From the NCBI RefSeq assembly GCF_001194135.2, contig NC_068984.1, forward strand, positions 30,712,409 to 30,776,408: 64,000 nt of DNA, written 5' to 3'. The notes under the pieces were generated by a model. It made no database searches, had not been told where the DNA came from, and saw nothing but the letters and a program-made list of their open reading frames with translations. The DNA comes from Octopus bimaculoides. Taxonomy: Eukaryota. Shown here one piece after another: positions 63,094 to 64,000 of the stretch (position 1 is the first letter of the stretch; every line of letters begins with the position of its first letter). The translations under genes were made by a program, and so were the position numbers.

Positions 63094-63961
63094 TGAGGAG
63101 GTACCCAAAAGTAACTGGAAACGTTCTCTGTGGGACAAGCCCATTGTAGTTCAGGCTTCCACTGTTAGAAGCCACTTGGTGTGATCCTCATGCATCAGTA
63201 TGCCAACTGGCATTGTCAAGTGAAGTCGTACTGCCATGTGATGCCTCCTTGCTTTGCAAGTGTTTCTCCCCTGTTCTTTGATTTTTACAATAACTGAAAG
63301 AAAAGAACAGCATGCTTCCGTGAAATTCTGTTTCCTGCTGAGGAAAATGGTGGCTGAAACAACTGTCATAGTTCAAACAGCTTACAAGGACGCTGTGTCA
63401 CGAGCAAAATACAAGTTTACAAATGATTTTCATGCTTTAGGAATGGTCACTTGTTGGTTGAAGACCAACCTTGTTAAGAGTATCTGCTGATTTCCGAAAC
63501 GAATGAAAACTTCATGAAAATTCAGGAACTGATGTTCGAGAAACATCATCAAAAAAATTGACGAATTTGTTGATATGACTAGTGTATTCTGGAGTTTCTG
63601 TCAACGAATTTTGAGTGAGTTGCAGCAAAATTTGTGCCTTGTTTACTTACAGAAGATCAAAAATAGTCATGACTGAATGGATGTCATGAACTGAAAGAAC
63701 AGATGGAAATTGGTCTAGCACTAGTGATGAAAGCTGGTGCTATGGAATTTTCAGATGTGGAAGAGGTGAACAAAAAAATGATGGAGGCATTAAAATGCAT
63801 CACTTTGCAAGAGTTCCAGGACTGCTTCTAACAGTGGAAAACATATTTGGAGCGATGCATTGTTTCAAATGGAGAATATTTTGAAGGCAATAAAAGTGTA
63901 AACATGTAAAACTAAGTGAATAGAACAATAATGAAAAATTCCAGTCTCTTTCGAGTACCCC

Positions 63962-63965
<4 letters not shown>
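63094..63965 (+). mobile_element. Mariner element with both TIRs and TA flanks, internally deleted
   Basis: TA-TGAGGAGGTACCCAAAAGTAACTGGAA...TTCCAGTCTCTTTCGAGTACCCCCTCA-TA. Transposase KEQHASVKFCFLL..VAAKFVPCLLTEDQK..TSDESWCYG joined to FSDVEEV..RCIVSNGEYFEG. Same family as 16610-17452. Confidence 0.93.

Positions 63966-64000
<35 letters not shown>

Overview
AT-rich eukaryotic nuclear DNA (roughly one third GC by eye), with one 17-N gap at 24614-24630 and many microsatellites. The repeat families (tRNA-headed SINEs, SINEs with (CAT)n tails, RTE LINEs) look like those of Octopus; this assignment is from recognition, not a database search. I found no complete protein-coding gene. The window reads like a large intron or intergenic region. 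Most ORFs in the supplied track are microsatellite translations, SINE read-throughs or decayed transposon frames. Identifiable relics are RTE, CR1/L2 and L1/Tx1-like LINEs, an internally deleted Gypsy LTR element (LTR, PBS, gag start fused to integrase), Tc1, mariner and DD37D (maT) DNA transposons, MITEs and several SINE families. A few candidate exons have good splice signals but no recognisable product. The most notable observation is a tRNA-headed (Pol III-type) SINE at 54805-55101 (minus). It carries a complete minimal type I hammerhead-ribozyme fold of the Penelope-associated dimeric kind, with a G12A change in this copy; a second partial copy at 59297-59425 keeps G12. Other highlights are a PHD-like Cys/His cluster inside an RTE reverse-transcriptase region, a ~180-nt fold-back hairpin, palindromic tandem arrays inside SINEs, and a SINE whose 17-bp target-site duplication copied a candidate branch point. 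All coordinates were counted by hand, and element boundaries are approximate.
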